Under the pieces are notes generated by a model. That model was given only the letters and a program-made list of their open reading frames with translations. It searched no databases and was not told where the DNA came from. A stretch of DNA of 64,000 nucleotides, taken from the NCBI RefSeq assembly GCF_009914755.1, contig NC_060935.1. The stretch is one strand, 5' to 3'. This stretch comes from the human T2T-CHM13v2.0 reference genome, Homo sapiens. Both the position numbers and the translations under genes were made by a program. This document shows positions 25,560-40,379 of this stretch, piece after piece. How positions within the stretch are numbered: position 1 is the first letter of the stretch; each line of letters begins with the position of its first letter.

Positions 25560-26110
25560 TTGTGATAACCGTCTGGATACAGGAAACTAAAGAGAGAAGA
25601 ATGCCTGAAAAACAGAATGCTGGGGGTGGAGCGGGGAGCAGTGGTTTGTGGGAGAAGATGCTGAATTTGGTTCTAGACATTTTATGGTGACAGCAAGACA
25701 TTTAAGAAGAGATGTCCTGCAGGGTGCTGGATTTATGAGACTACAATTCTGGTAAGAGGTCAAGACTGGAATGAAAATTTGAGTGTCTTGGCAAAAAAAA
25801 GAGAAGAGCTACAAATGAACTCCTGCAGGAAGTGAATCTAGCAGCAGGAAGGCAGCACCAGCAGGGATCTTGAGGGACAGACCCAGGGTGGGGGCAGAAG
25901 TGCAGCCAAAGAGACTAGGAAGGCACGGCCAGGGAGGTGGAAGGCAACTGGAGGACAGTGTGCACATGAGGTCGAGGAGAATGAGCCAACTCCTGCTTGC
26001 TTGTGGGATTTTTCCCATCTTCTGACAGCTTTCAGCTCTGCTCTTTCTCAGGAACGGTGTGATCAGATCCTGCTTTAAAACCTGGCTTAGCTCTGGACTC
26101 CTGTTCTGCA
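25560..26110 (-). mobile_element. L2 fragments
   Basis: GTTTGTGGGAGAAGATGCTGAATTTGGTTCTAGACAT...GGTCAAGACTGGA; GTGATCAGATCCTGCTTTAAAA. Confidence 0.6.
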
Positions 26111-26239
26111 GGTTCCTCTGCCACTGCATACCCACTCATCTTCCCTGCTCTCCCTCCCTACAATCAGGCCACCAGTAGGACCACACAGTATCACGGGCCC
26201 CTAATATGTCATAGATTTTAAGAAAAAAAAAAAATAGAC

Positions 26240-26510
26240 TCATGAAGCATCACATCCCTCACTCTCATGCTACAGATAAGGCCCAGAGAGGGAGCTTAAC
26301 CTGCTGGAAGTTGCACAACTAGGAAGTGGCAAGCAGAACTAGATGTCAGGTCTCCAGTGGCCCAGGCTAGTGCTTCTCGGTTTCTACCCAGTGCATTCGA
26401 CAGAGGAAGCAGAGACCCAGAGGGAAAATATGACCTGCCCAAGATTCACAGCTGGGCCAGGCTGGGGCCAGAATCCAAAGACCAGATTTCCAGACCACAC
26501 TCTTGCCCTA
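26240..26510 (-). mobile_element. MIR fragments
   Basis: AGGCCCAGAGAGGG...AGGAAGTGGCA; CAGAGGAAGCAGAGACCCAGAGGG...TGACCTGCCCAAG. Confidence 0.65.
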
Positions 26511-26819
26511 CTGCCTGCTGGTGTCCCAGCTCCTCAGGCCAGCCTCAGTGCCCACAGTGCTCCTCAGACCAGGCAGATGCAAGCTCGCAAGTCTAGACTG
26601 CAGGGCAAAGATCTAGGACCCACAGCCTGACCGCTCCCCTCATCCATAAACCTCTGCTCAGAAAAGTTCCCCAAAGACAAGTCTCCTTTAAGGGCAAGGC
26701 CCCTTTTGCTCTAAGAGCAGCGACTCTTAACCTCACTTCATCTACACCTAAAATCTGGGCCAAAGAGACAATTACAAGGCCTTTACCGTCCCCGCACCCG
26801 GAGCTGCTGGCTGCTTAGA

Positions 26820-27055
26820 AACCCCTGGCCCTCCTTGTCCTGAAGCTGCCAATTTCCTCATCAGTATTTTATTTGTCTGTTTTGCTCATTTTTAAGCTGG
26901 TGGCAATTGCTATTTAAATTGTTTTGTAAAGTGTCTTTGCATTTACAATGCCGGCTGTCAGCAGCCCCACAATAGAAAATGAGATTTGGCATCAAAGGCA
27001 AAGACGCTACTAAAATACATTTTAATAAATATGTAAATCAATTAATCAATCACCC
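26820..27055. promoter_or_regulatory. candidate conserved non-coding element / enhancer
   Basis: AT-rich and repeat-free; CTGTCA, CATCAAAG, TAAATCAATTAATCAATCA. Confidence 0.45.
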
Positions 27056-27723
27056 ATCCAGGGAAGGAGCTTCAGGAACACAGACAGGCTGGCTGAGAGG
27101 GAGAAGGTGGGGAGAATGTGGGGTCTGAGGTGGCAGAAGAGGCTCCGCAGGCACTGAACTCAGGGGTTCTGGGCACGTCGTGGGCAGCCAGCCCCACCTA
27201 CAGTCTGGGGCATCTGGCCTCGCCTGGCCTCCCACCGTCCTGACTCTGCCTAACTGGGCTCCACATGGTCTTGCCACAGCAGCCCTGGTCAGGAAAGGGC
27301 AACAGGGTCCCAGTGAAGTACAGATAAAATGAGCTTTAGGGCTAAGATTGAGGAAACGAGCCCTCTGGTTGGAACCCCCACTACCCCCGATTTCTTCTCC
27401 ACTGATGCTGTTTTCTAGAGAAGTCAGAGATTAGAAAGTGCTTGCAAGGTTTATGTCTGTAAGTTGGACCAGCCTGGAGGATTAGCATCAGAAAACTTCA
27501 GGAAGAAATGACCAGCTGTTCTCTCTATTCCTGAAAGGGTACCAAAGGAAAGAGGCTTAAGCTGTCACAGGCAGCTGGGCGGGGCATCGGGGTGGGGGTG
27601 GGGGTGTGGGGGCAGGTCGCTCTTGGAAAGGGTCCTGACTAGGAAAGTAAATATGACTCTGGGGACAGGATGGAGGGGAGACAGAAGGGGGCTACCAGTC
27701 AGGAGCTTTTAAAGCAGGAGCCC

Positions 27724-28029
27724 AGCTGAGAGCAGTGACTCATGCCTTGTAATCCCAGCACTTTGGGAGGCCAAGGTGGGTAGATCACCTGAGGTCAGGA
27801 GTTCAAGACCAGCCTGGCCAATATGGCAAAACTCCATCTCTACTAAAAATACAAAAATTAGCTGGGCGTAGTGGCACATGCCTGTAATTCCAGCTGCTCA
27901 GGAGGCTGAGGCACAAGAATCGCTTGAACATGGGAGGCGGAGTTTGCAGTGAGCTGAGATCATGCCACTGTCCTCCAGCCTGGGCGACAGAGTGAGACTC
28001 TATCTCAGTCAATCAATCAATCGATCAAT
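27724..28029 (+). mobile_element. AluSx-like with (TCAA)n tail
   Basis: CACCTGAGGTCAGGAGTTC; TSD AAAGCAG(G/A)AGCCC. Confidence 0.95.
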
Positions 28030-29399
28030 AAAGCAGAAGCCCAAACATACACTGTATCAGATGAGCAAGACTGGGGTGTCTGATGGTAAGGGGGCTCGGC
28101 CACATTGTCACAGATTCTCAGCTTGCACCAAGGTGTGCTATAAGCGGCATGATTCTGGCCAATAGAATCTGAGCTCAGGCTGGCAGATAAAACCTCCAAG
28201 CCTGGGCTGCATAGACCCAGCAAAGCCTCCTGCAGCCCATGACGTATGGTTTGCTAATGAGGGTGCCTCAGGGCTATAGTAAGGTGCATCCTCACATAGC
28301 TTTCAGTGGGACCTTGGGCAAGTCATTTTTGCCTCTAGGCCTCTGTCTAGTCACTAGACAGTGCAAGCAGGGACTGGGCAAAATGAATTCTAAACTTGAA
28401 AACTCTCTGACTCACTTTCCCCATCACTGTGGACATAGAATCAATGTCTTCCCATTACAGCTGCCAGCCCTTTCTTGGCTGTCAGCGTAAGTTGGTCTGA
28501 CCCTGAAGACCAGAGAGACCCATCTGAGGGGTATAAACACCTCCACAACCCAGGCTATGGCAAGAATGGTGCAGATCCACAGAGGAAGCCAAAGGCTCCA
28601 ACCCCAGCTTCTCTCCCACCCTCGTCCTCTGCATTCACTCCCAACTCCCATCCCAACCTCCTCCCCTGGAAGAGGTATGCCCTCTAATTGAAGACCTGTC
28701 TGGCCCCCAAATAACCTCATTTTTTAAACTGATGTCACCTGCACCAGAGGGCAAACATTCCTGTCAGGGCGGAGAGCATGCACACATATCCACCCTGTGT
28801 GCCTAGGTGTGGGTGCAAATGGCATATACATGGGTCGTGTTTCATGAGCACGCAGGAATGCATAACTTTAGGCTTCTCTGAGCACATTGCTGTGTGTATA
28901 AATATATGGCCCTCTGTTGCTCAGAGTGTGAAGACTCAGGCAGGTCCATCTACATGCATGCACATTTTGGTGGGTCTATGTGAGTATGTGAATGGTGCAT
29001 GATAGCCATGCTTTGAAACACACCTGTGGCCAACACAGGCCACATTCCAGGCAGGGGCTTGTGGGTATTTCTGTGTTCAGAAATCTTGTTCATCTTTCTC
29101 TCATCTCTGAGAAACTCTATTTCACAACATTGCCCAACATTGCTGCTATGCAGGCGGCCGTCACCCTATATCTGACTCTTCCTAACTCACAAACAGAGGC
29201 TTGAACACAGCAGTTCTGAGTATGGGAGCAATGGGGATCACTGAGCCATGGGCCAGGCTCTCTGCTCAATTGCCTCAACCCTCTGCATATGACCAGGTAC
29301 AAAGGCTGGGAGGGTGTTTGTCCAGGGAATCTTTCTAGCCTTTCTATAAAGAGGCAAGAATCATGCTATGAGCAGCTGCCAGGCAGTGTGTCCCTGAGC

Positions 29400-30010
29400 A
29401 CTCACTGCTACATCTGTCTCTGCCCTGCCACCCACACAGCTGTCAGGATGAACTATCTCAAAAGCACACCTGACCCCTTCCACGTGACCCCCAGAGTGAC
29501 TCCCCATTCCCCATCTCCAGATGGCTTGGCATGTCTCACACACCCTGATGTGTCTTGTCTAGGTCTTTGGAATGCTCCTTCCACCCACCCCAACTTCCAG
29601 CTCAGTGCTGGCCACTCACTCAGAGGACCACACTGGCCACCTCTGATGACTACCTGACTATCCAAATGACCAGGCACTCACAGCCCCAAACATGCCCTGT
29701 CTCCCTCTCCAGACTCTTCTCTCACACCTCCAGCCTCAGCCTCTGCACTTGAGTGGCTCCCACGACATGATACGATGCCTTAGCCCTCCACGCCCATGCT
29801 CATGCTGTGCCCTTCTGAGGGAGTGGGATTCCCCCCAGCCTCAACCGACTCAACTTCTACTTAGCCTTAAAGACACAGCTTCCAAGAATCCTCTCACCCA
29901 CCCGGGCCTTCCTCCACTGCTCCTTTAAACCACGTAGCTCTGTCATGACATTATACTGGGTTTTCTCCCCTGCTAGACTGTAAAGTTCCTGTGGTCAGGC
30001 ACCACATCCT
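29400..30010 (+). mobile_element. L2 fragment carrying a 144-bp foreign insert
   Basis: CACACAGCTGTCAGGATGAAC...CACGTGACCCC; CCCTGTCTCCCTCTCCAGAC; CCCTGCTAGACTGTAAAG. Confidence 0.65.
29553..29696 (+). repeat. copy 1 of a 144-bp local direct repeat
   Basis: ~92% identical to 31282-31424; last 54 nt identical. Confidence 0.95.
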
Positions 30011-30302
30011 AGCCATTGTGGAAGTGCAGACAGGAACATCCACTGGATGACCTGGTGGCTCCCTCTAGATGGCCTGGCAATGATCCGGCTGAGGTTGGTG
30101 GCTCCCTGTGGTTTCCAGTGCTATAACACTGGGGAGCCTGGTATAATGTTCCCCTGAACAGCTGGCACCCGCCTTCAGATTGTCTTGCAAAGTAGCTCTC
30201 CAGTTCTCCCTGTAAAACAGCTGAACGACAGCAGGGGGCGGCAGTCCTCTCCTGGAATACAACCCATGGTGCATCCGCTTGCCCAGCCCAAGCATGCATT
30301 AA

Positions 30303-30618
<316 letters not shown>

Positions 30619-31281
30619 CAAAGCATACTTCTCTATGGTACACTGGTAGACTGAGGATCACGTGAGTTCTCAATACATTAACCTTCTGTCTACAAGTACA
30701 GCCCTGGCTGGTATTTACCCAAGCCTTTTGCTCAAAAGCCATCTTTACATCCCCAAGCATGAAGGTCTGCTCGTGACATATGAAGTAAATAATAACCTAG
30801 GAACAACCTTGTGGTACAGGAACTTAAGGGGTCAGTACAGATCTGATTATGATGTTCTGTATGGGATGGATGAGCCCCTCATTTCACTGCAGACTCTACT
30901 CTCAAAGTTGAATGGAGCCATGGATGTCCCCATTGGGAAGGTCACAGCTTGGAGCAGTAGCATCAGGCCTGGAGTCCTCGGACCACTGTCCAGAGATCTG
31001 CCTATATTTCTAGCTGCCTCTCTGAGGCTGAAGAATCTCAAAGGACACAGCATAGATGGGCAACAATTCCTGGATAAAAGATATAAACGTCATAGCCATT
31101 TGTGCTTGTTTGTGGTTGCATTTGAGATGACACCATTTTATTTTTGTTCCCCTAGCACCAAGCACATAGCAGGCCCTCTGCAATGTTTGTGAATGAAAAC
31201 AAATATCTGGAAGTTATTTCATGCATGCACGTGCTTCCTTTCTCCACAGATATGTTGTAAGCATCTCAATGGCAAGAATTT

Positions 31282-31424
31282 TCTTGCCTATGTCTTTGGA
31301 ATGCTCCTTCCACCCACTCCCACTTCCAGCTCAGTGCTGGCCAGGCATTTGAGGACCACACTGGCTACCCCTGATGACTACCTGACTATCCAAATGACCA
31401 GGCACTCACAGCCCCAAACATGCC
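31282..31424 (+). repeat. copy 2 (probable donor) of the 144-bp direct repeat
   Basis: Same sequence as copy 1; its 5' part is contiguous with an L2 3'-end relic starting ~31235. Confidence 0.95.
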
Positions 31425-31489
31425 ATTCCCTTTTTCCCTTATGGTTTCCTTGTCCCACCCTGAGTGCAACACCATTTCTGGGGGGACTT

Positions 31490-31830
31490 CTGAAGCGCCA
31501 ACTTTATTAAGATTGATTTGGCCCGCCCTCTCTTCTGACAGGTCCAAAAGCAAACACGGCAGGGCCATGGGGGAGATTTGGTCATAATTACCATCTTTAA
31601 TTACTGCTAAAACATCAATTGCTCTTGTTCAATTAGCAGTGCGGTTTCAGGCATGGCAAACTTTGCAACACAAAATAAGCTGAAAATTGATTTCTGAACA
31701 CTTAATGCAGATCTGAAATTGCCAACCTGATAAGGTTGTCATAGAAGAGCCAACGTGGCCAAGGAGGAATGTTGCGAGGCTGTAATTGCCTTGGTAGAAA
31801 GATTAATAACTGGTATACTTACATCTTGTT
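31490..31830. promoter_or_regulatory. candidate conserved non-coding element / enhancer
   Basis: Dense TAATTA/CAATTA, TGATTT, TGATAAG, TTGTCA motifs; repeat-free. Confidence 0.45.
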
Positions 31831-32591
31831 CATCAAGTGGGAGTCACTCATGGGGGGCTCCAGGAGTGCTGGGTGGGTGTGAGGCACAAAGGCAGAGGGA
31901 GGGTGTTAACAAGGACACTGGCAATTAGGCAGGAGAGAGCAGCAGCCTGCACCCAATGGTCCGTGAACAAGGACATGGCCTCTGGGATGGCACGTGGGAG
32001 GGGCCAGCTGCCTGGGATGGCTGCCAGGGAGAGCCGACCTCTGCAAAGCAGGCAGGTGCTGTCTCAGGCAGGTGGAGACAGGACGCCCAGGTCCTGGCCA
32101 CCTCCACGTTTTCTGCAAGTCCTGGAAAAGGACCCTCAAGGTCAAACACCTTTGAAAGCTCAATTGGCCTCTGGAAGAGTTTTCTCTATTCAGGCTTCCT
32201 GGCAAGAGAGAGTTGAATGTGATGGACAAGATGGGCAGCAGCTGGGCCCCGAGATGGCATGGCGGCTGCTGCCACTGCTCTCATCATCTCTTCCTGCCAT
32301 GAGGTTCAGTGACTTTCTGAGTGCATATCATGGAATGGTAGGCTGAGAAGCATTTTATGAGCTACCAAGTGCTCCATGGAGTGTGCAATTGCTATTATGA
32401 TTGTTGCTGTTACCCTGGGCCCATGGGTGATGTAGGGACACAGGTCAAAAATCTCAATAGCCTTGGAAAAATTCCTTCTCTCTCTGAACCCTGTCATTTA
32501 AGCTTAGGGAAATGAAGAGAATATTCCATTTGCAGCTTGTAAAACTAACATCTACCAAGCACTGGTATGTGCCAGGAACAGGGCAAGACAC

Positions 32592-33135
32592 TGATAGATG
32601 CATAGATAGACAGATAGATCGGTGATAGATAGAAGATAGGGGCCAGGTATGGTGGCTCACATCTGTAATCCCAGCACTTTGGGAGGCAGAGGCAGGTGGA
32701 TCACTTGTGGCCTGGAGTTCAAGCCCAGCCTGTCCAACATAGCAAAATCCTGTCTCTACTAAAAATAACAATAAATAAATACAAAAATTAGCCAGGCATG
32801 GGGGCATGCACCTATAGTCCCAGCTACTCAGGAGGCTGAGGCACAAGATCCAGTTGAACCCAGGAAGCGGAGGCTGCAGTGAGCCAAGATCACGTCACTG
32901 CACTCCAGCCTGGGTGACAGAGTGAGATTCTGTCTCAAAAAAAAAAAAAAAAAAATAGGTAGGTAGGTAGATAATAGATAAATAGATAGAATGATTGAAG
33001 GATAGATGATAGATAAAGATAGATTACAGATAGGTAATAGATGAATGAATGATAGATGGAGAGATAGAAAAATACATAGATAGGTAGAGACGATAGAAAG
33101 AGAGAGAAAGGCAGATGGGTGGGAAGACAGAAAGA
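32592..33135. repeat. degenerate (GATA)n satellite flanking an Alu
   Basis: GATAGATA-type units at 32592-32640 and 32956-33135. Confidence 0.85.
32641..32955 (+). mobile_element. Alu (Sz/Jb-like)
   Basis: Full dimer, expanded linker, A-tail. Confidence 0.95.
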
Positions 33136-33139
33136 GAAC

Positions 33140-33290
33140 TGCATTTAATCCTCTCAACATGACTACAGGGTAGATGTTATTATTCTAATTTGACATATGA
33201 GGAAAATAGGACTCAGCAAGGTTAAGCAGCTTACCCCAAAGTCACATACCTGCTAAGTGGCAGAGTCGTGATTCAAACCCATACCTCTTA
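33140..33290 (-). mobile_element. MIR (other part probably at ~32545-32590)
   Basis: CATTTAATCCTCTCAAC...GAGGAAAATAGGACTCAG...AAGTGGCAGAG...GATTCAAACCCA. Confidence 0.85.
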
Positions 33291-33627
33291 GAGGTAAGAG
33301 ACAATACACTTAGTCTCTGTTCTCTGCCCCGAAGCATGCTTTAAGCCTTCTTAGTGCCTTTCACTGAACTATGCTGGGCCTGGGGCAGTCATGACTAGGG
33401 ATCAGAGATGTCCTTGTCCTGTAGAAATGAGACGCTGACCAACCAGCTGTGCTGTGTACACAGCCAACAAACACACCCAGCTGCACGTCAGGGGAGCAGC
33501 AAATCACTCTCAGAAGACATACTTGCTCATGCCAGGCTTAGCAGGAGCCAGATTGCAACCAGGTGCCTCTCTTTTGTTTTCTCCTTAGGGTACAGGTCCA
33601 TGGCCCTATAGATCCAAAATACAACTC

Positions 33628-34097
33628 AATTCAACCAAAGTTTATTGGGTACCTTCTTGTCCAGCCTAAGCTCAGAGAGACTCACTCTCTAACAGAGGGA
33701 TATAAACAGGGTTGATTCTATCAGTGAGCCTCACAGAACAGATGACCCAGGCACAGCATGCAAGGCGGAGGGAGGAGTGAGAAAAGGCTGTACAGAGGGG
33801 TGAAGTCTGAGTGGGCTTTACAGCCGGCCAGGAGCCAGCCACAGGGCCATCCTCACAGAAGAGAAGTGGTGCGAAGAGGCACGGTCTGTCCAGGGAAATG
33901 TGATTTGCCGGATATCTCTGGAGCTTAATGCATGAGGTTGGGTTTGGGGTGTCAGTGAGAAATGTGGCCAGAGAGGTGGCAGGGCCCAGATGATGAAAAG
34001 GCCTGCAGACCACACTGGGCTTTATCTCATAGTGGGGAAGAGCAGGGGTCAGCTTTGCACTTTGGAAAGCTCACTCTGGCTGAAGGGGGAAAGAGGG
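33628..34097 (-). mobile_element. L2 fragment
   Basis: ATTCAACCAAAGTTTATTGGGTACC; GGCCAGAGAGGTGGCAGGGCCCAGATG; TTGGAAAGCTCACTCTGGCTG. Confidence 0.7.
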
Positions 34098-34824
<727 letters not shown>

Positions 34825-34839
34825 GAGGGACTACAGGTA

Positions 34840-34966
34840 ACAATGCAGCTCTTTCTAAAACTCTCATTTTGTCATGTCACTTCTCTCCAGTTTCCCATAT
34901 GCTCAACAGCCTATGACCTTAAGTCCAAACTCCTCAGCACTGAATTCAAGGTCTTCCATGGGCTGA
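34840..34966 (+). mobile_element. L2 fragment
   Basis: TCTTTCTAAAAC...TCATGTCACTTCTC...AAGTCCAAACTCCTCAGC. Confidence 0.65.
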
Positions 34967-35011
34967 ATTTGAATTGTATGGGAGGTCAGCCCATGGAAGA
35001 CCTCGAATTCA
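34941..35011. repeat. inverted repeat: 26-bp stem (1 mismatch), 19-nt loop
   Basis: TGAATTCAAGGTCTTCCATGGGCTGA / TCAGCCCATGGAAGACCTCGAATTCA. Confidence 0.95.
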
Positions 35012-36266
35012 TGGGAGCCCCCAAACCAACCCAAACTCCCCAAACTCAGTTTTGACTCCAAGTCATTGCCTGGACTCTTTTTGCCTAAACAAACCCCGTT
35101 ACCCATAGCCCCCTGCTAAGAAGACACTCTAAAACTGCTATATTCTCTAGTGTTATGGAAGACCCCTCATCTACAGCTATTTGACCAGTGGAAGAAATCT
35201 GGTCCAAGCACTGCCCAGGGTCTACGAGGGCAAAAGGTTCTATACACGTAAAGAAGATTAGTATTAGTTAGATAAACCAAACTGTCTCAGAAGTTTGAAT
35301 AGTAAATATGGGAAGAGCACCAGTCAGTTGTTTGCAAAAGTAAAGACTAAAAAGACACATAGAGCTAGGCATTGAGGTAACAGTGTTTTTATTGTAGTTT
35401 GGGTAAGAAGAATTTTGAGAAATTGGTGTTTCTACCAAAAGAAAAATACTTCTCTTGTAAATCACCTAAAAGCAACAAGGAGACCAAGAAACAACTTCTA
35501 TCTCAGACAAAGCTAGCAAAGATCTATAAACCCAGGCTACAATACATGGGGAAGTTCAGTGAAGTTCAGCTGGGGCACAGAAAGATGCTAGGAGAAGATA
35601 GCTGTGGCACAGAGTTCAGGTAAAGCTGGCCACACACGGCCCTCCAAGGTAAGTGCCGTACCCCAGGGTCAAAAAAGTAACATTCGCTTGTTAGGAATAA
35701 TGAGAAAAGGCATGTGGGCTGGCAGTGGGAGCCTTCTTGAACTTGTTTTCATATAAAGTAGAAACAGAGAAGGTGAGGCGGAATGTTGAGTCATACAGAA
35801 AGTCACATCTGCAGGAAGCAGCCAACCCATGAAGTGGGATAGAGGAGAGAGGCTCTGCATCATGAGCTCGTCTGTAACTGTCATTGCCAGTTGGCCAAGG
35901 AGAAGCAAGGCTTAAAAGACCTTACTCACACCAATGTCCCTATAGGAGAATTCCTGGTAGCCTAGAATAAGGACATGTCCCAGCCCCCTTCCTCCAGAAC
36001 TTCATGCAAACATCTGGCCCAGGAAGAAGGCATTTCAGTCAAAGATGAATTCATGATCAAAACGAACTATAGGATCTATACAATAAAGATATTACAAAAA
36101 AAAAGGAGAGACAGATGAAAATAAATCATAGATGAATACCCACCAGAAAAATGGTGTCATGGAGAAGATGAACAAACATCACCAAGGAAAATTTTAAAAC
36201 CCAATGAAGCAATTATCTCCATAAACCACAAGGGCAAAAAAGAGGTACAAGTGGTATAAGTATTCA

Positions 36267-36402
<136 letters not shown>

Positions 36403-37040
36403 ATATGGCAAAACAAGCAAGTGATATAAATCATGAAATGCTATTGTTCAGAAAAATAAGTAGAAGAAAAATGTAAAACCAACTGAGACACCGCTGACAG
36501 CATAGGAAGGAATATAGAGGACAAAACTGAAAAAAGCAAGAGAAATTAGTAGAAATGAACAAGTTAAAAAAAGCATGAAAGATAAAATGATAGGCATGAA
36601 AGACAAACAAACATATATACAATTCACATCCCTGTGAAGAGAACAGATATTTAAAAATATGACTTGTAAGAACTCTCCAAAAATAAAAAACAACTGAATC
36701 TACAGATTGAAAGGGCCTATTGTATTCCAGGAAAATCATGGGATGGAATAATCAAATCTAGTAAAAGATACTGGACTTCAAAGACAAAGAAGCCTTTGGA
36801 GCATCCAGCCCAAAAGATCAAGTTGCCTTTAAGTGAAAGAAAAAACCAAGGTAACCTCAGATGTCTCCATATTATTTAATGCAAAGAAATAAAAAGTGTA
36901 ATCTAAGAATGCTGTATCCAGGCAAACTATCAATTAAGTATAAAGGCAGCATTAACGAATGTGCAAAAACATAAAACACTCATCTCATGAGCTTGAAGAA
37001 AGAAGAGAATAATTTCAAGGTCATCAAAAGATGAATGGAA

Positions 37041-37907
<867 letters not shown>

Positions 37908-39576
37908 TTAAAGCTAATAAATTGATAGACATACATGTGTATTTAGAGATATAAAAGGGAAACTTTAAGAAAAATGGCAATAATATAAGCTAAAAGTGGT
38001 GGTGGGGAGATTAGAGTAAGTAGAAATACCGTAATTCATTCTCATAGAAAGTAGTCAACAGATATTGAGGGAAAAGATATATTTATATCTTTATATAGAT
38101 AGATGTGGATATAAATATAGAGATAGATATCATAACCACTGGGGAGGGGGAATGCAAGCCTTCCAAATTATTAGAAGAAATACATACATAAAAATCAACC
38201 AAATAAAAACAGAATATGAGGTAAAAGATCACCAAAAAAAAAAAAAAAAAAAAAGCAGCAGTAAAACCGGAAAGTGTAACATAAAACTTGATTTAAAAGA
38301 AAAAATAGCTAAGACCAGGCATCTCTGTCATATTAATTTATGTGAATGGAATCATTTTACCTACTAAAAATATTTGCTCTCAGACTAGATCAGAAAATAA
38401 AGCCCACATTTCTATATTTTACAACACAATTACTTAAGTTGACAACAGAAGACTGGGCAAAGATACAACATGCAAACACAAAAAGAAAGCAAGGAGCCAA
38501 TTTTAGTAGCTGACAAGATGGAACTTGGGGGAGGAAGTGAGGATGCAGAGGAGCATTAAATTAGAAGAATGAAAACTTGATAATGATGAGTGCCATCTCC
38601 AATGAGCATCTAACAGTCAAGAATATGTATTCTTCAAATACCATCACATCAACTTCCTTAAAGTAAAACCAAAGGAATTAAAAGAATTAGAAGCACATAA
38701 GTAGTCAGAGGTTACTGTTGACCACCCAGTCCATGACAGAAGAAGTAAACACAAAATAAAGATACAGAGGAGCAAATAATCTAATTCATTAGGTCATTCT
38801 GACATATATTCAGCTCAATACCCTGAAAACAGAAAATTTAAACACTGAAAATCTTTAGCTGAAAAGACAACCTCGATAAACTCTGGAAAGTAGAAACTAT
38901 ACAAATAATACTCTGGGATTATAATGTAATAAAATTAGAATTTTAAAGTAAAATCATTTTCACTCAGAAATTTTTATTTTTTCTCTCAAATAGTACTTGG
39001 AACAAAGAGGCGGTCAAAACTAAAGTTGAAAAATACCTTTAAAATAATCCTAATGAAAATATTTATGTCAGAAGAGTAAAAATAAAAATAAGCATGAAGT
39101 AAATGAAAATAATTAAGCATCCAACTCGAGAAGTTAGAGAAACAGACAACGAAGTCAAGCTAAGGAAAGCAGAAAGAAGGCATTATTTGAAAGCAAAATA
39201 AAATGAATTAAAGAACTGAAGAATATATGAATCCCAAAGCTGATTCTATTTTTTAAAACTAATAAAATAGATAAATCATTAGGTAACCTTATCAAGCTAA
39301 ATACAGAAAACAGAAACAACCCAAATAAATAATTTTAATGAAAAAGTAACCATAGAAACTGATAACATTTAAAACATAATGTGACATTACTTTGCTTACT
39401 TATATGCAAAATAATTTGAGAACCTGGATAAAAGGAAATATTTACAGAAAAATGTAAATTGCCAAAACTATAGCAAAGTTAAACAATCTAACAGATTAAT
39501 TTCTATGGAAAACTAAGGACAATCATCCTGATGCTGTGTAAGCTCCTTCAGAGTACACAAAGAGAAAAAAAACTTA

Positions 39577-39985
<409 letters not shown>

Positions 39986-40256
39986 TCACAAGAACAAAAA
40001 ACTAAGATATTAGAAAACAGAAATCAGTGGCACATTTAAAAAAATGGCCAAATAGACTATTCTAGGAATTCAAGAATGATTGCATACTGAAAAAATATTT
40101 TGTAAATTCAGTTTATTAATAGATCAAGAAAGAAAGACCGCATAGATTATCCTCATAGATGCTGGAAAAACACTTGAAAAATTCACACCCATGCTTGATT
40201 TTGTTAGGCCTCATAAAATAGTAATGAATGGATACTTCCTTAATATGATAAAAGAT

Positions 40257-40379
40257 TTTGGGAAGCCAAGCCAGGAGGATCACTTGAGCCCCAGAGTTGA
40301 AGTTCAGCCTCAGCAACATAGTGAGACCCTGTCTCTACAAAAATAAAAAAAAAAAACAATAAAAATATAGTAAAATTAA
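40257..40379 (+). mobile_element. 5'-truncated FLAM/Alu monomer
   Basis: Perfect 15-bp TSD AATATGATAAAAGAT (40242-40256 / 40380-40394). Confidence 0.9.

Noticed and set aside
30662-31192. 176-aa ORF with protein-like composition
   Set aside because: Non-ATG start, runs into an L2 3' end, no recognisable homology or splice framework; a blastp/PhyloCSF hit would overturn this
35220-35232. 13-nt GTCTACGAGGGCA, matching (from memory) the 3' part of a human mature miRNA
   Set aside because: Flanks do not match and there is no hairpin; chance match
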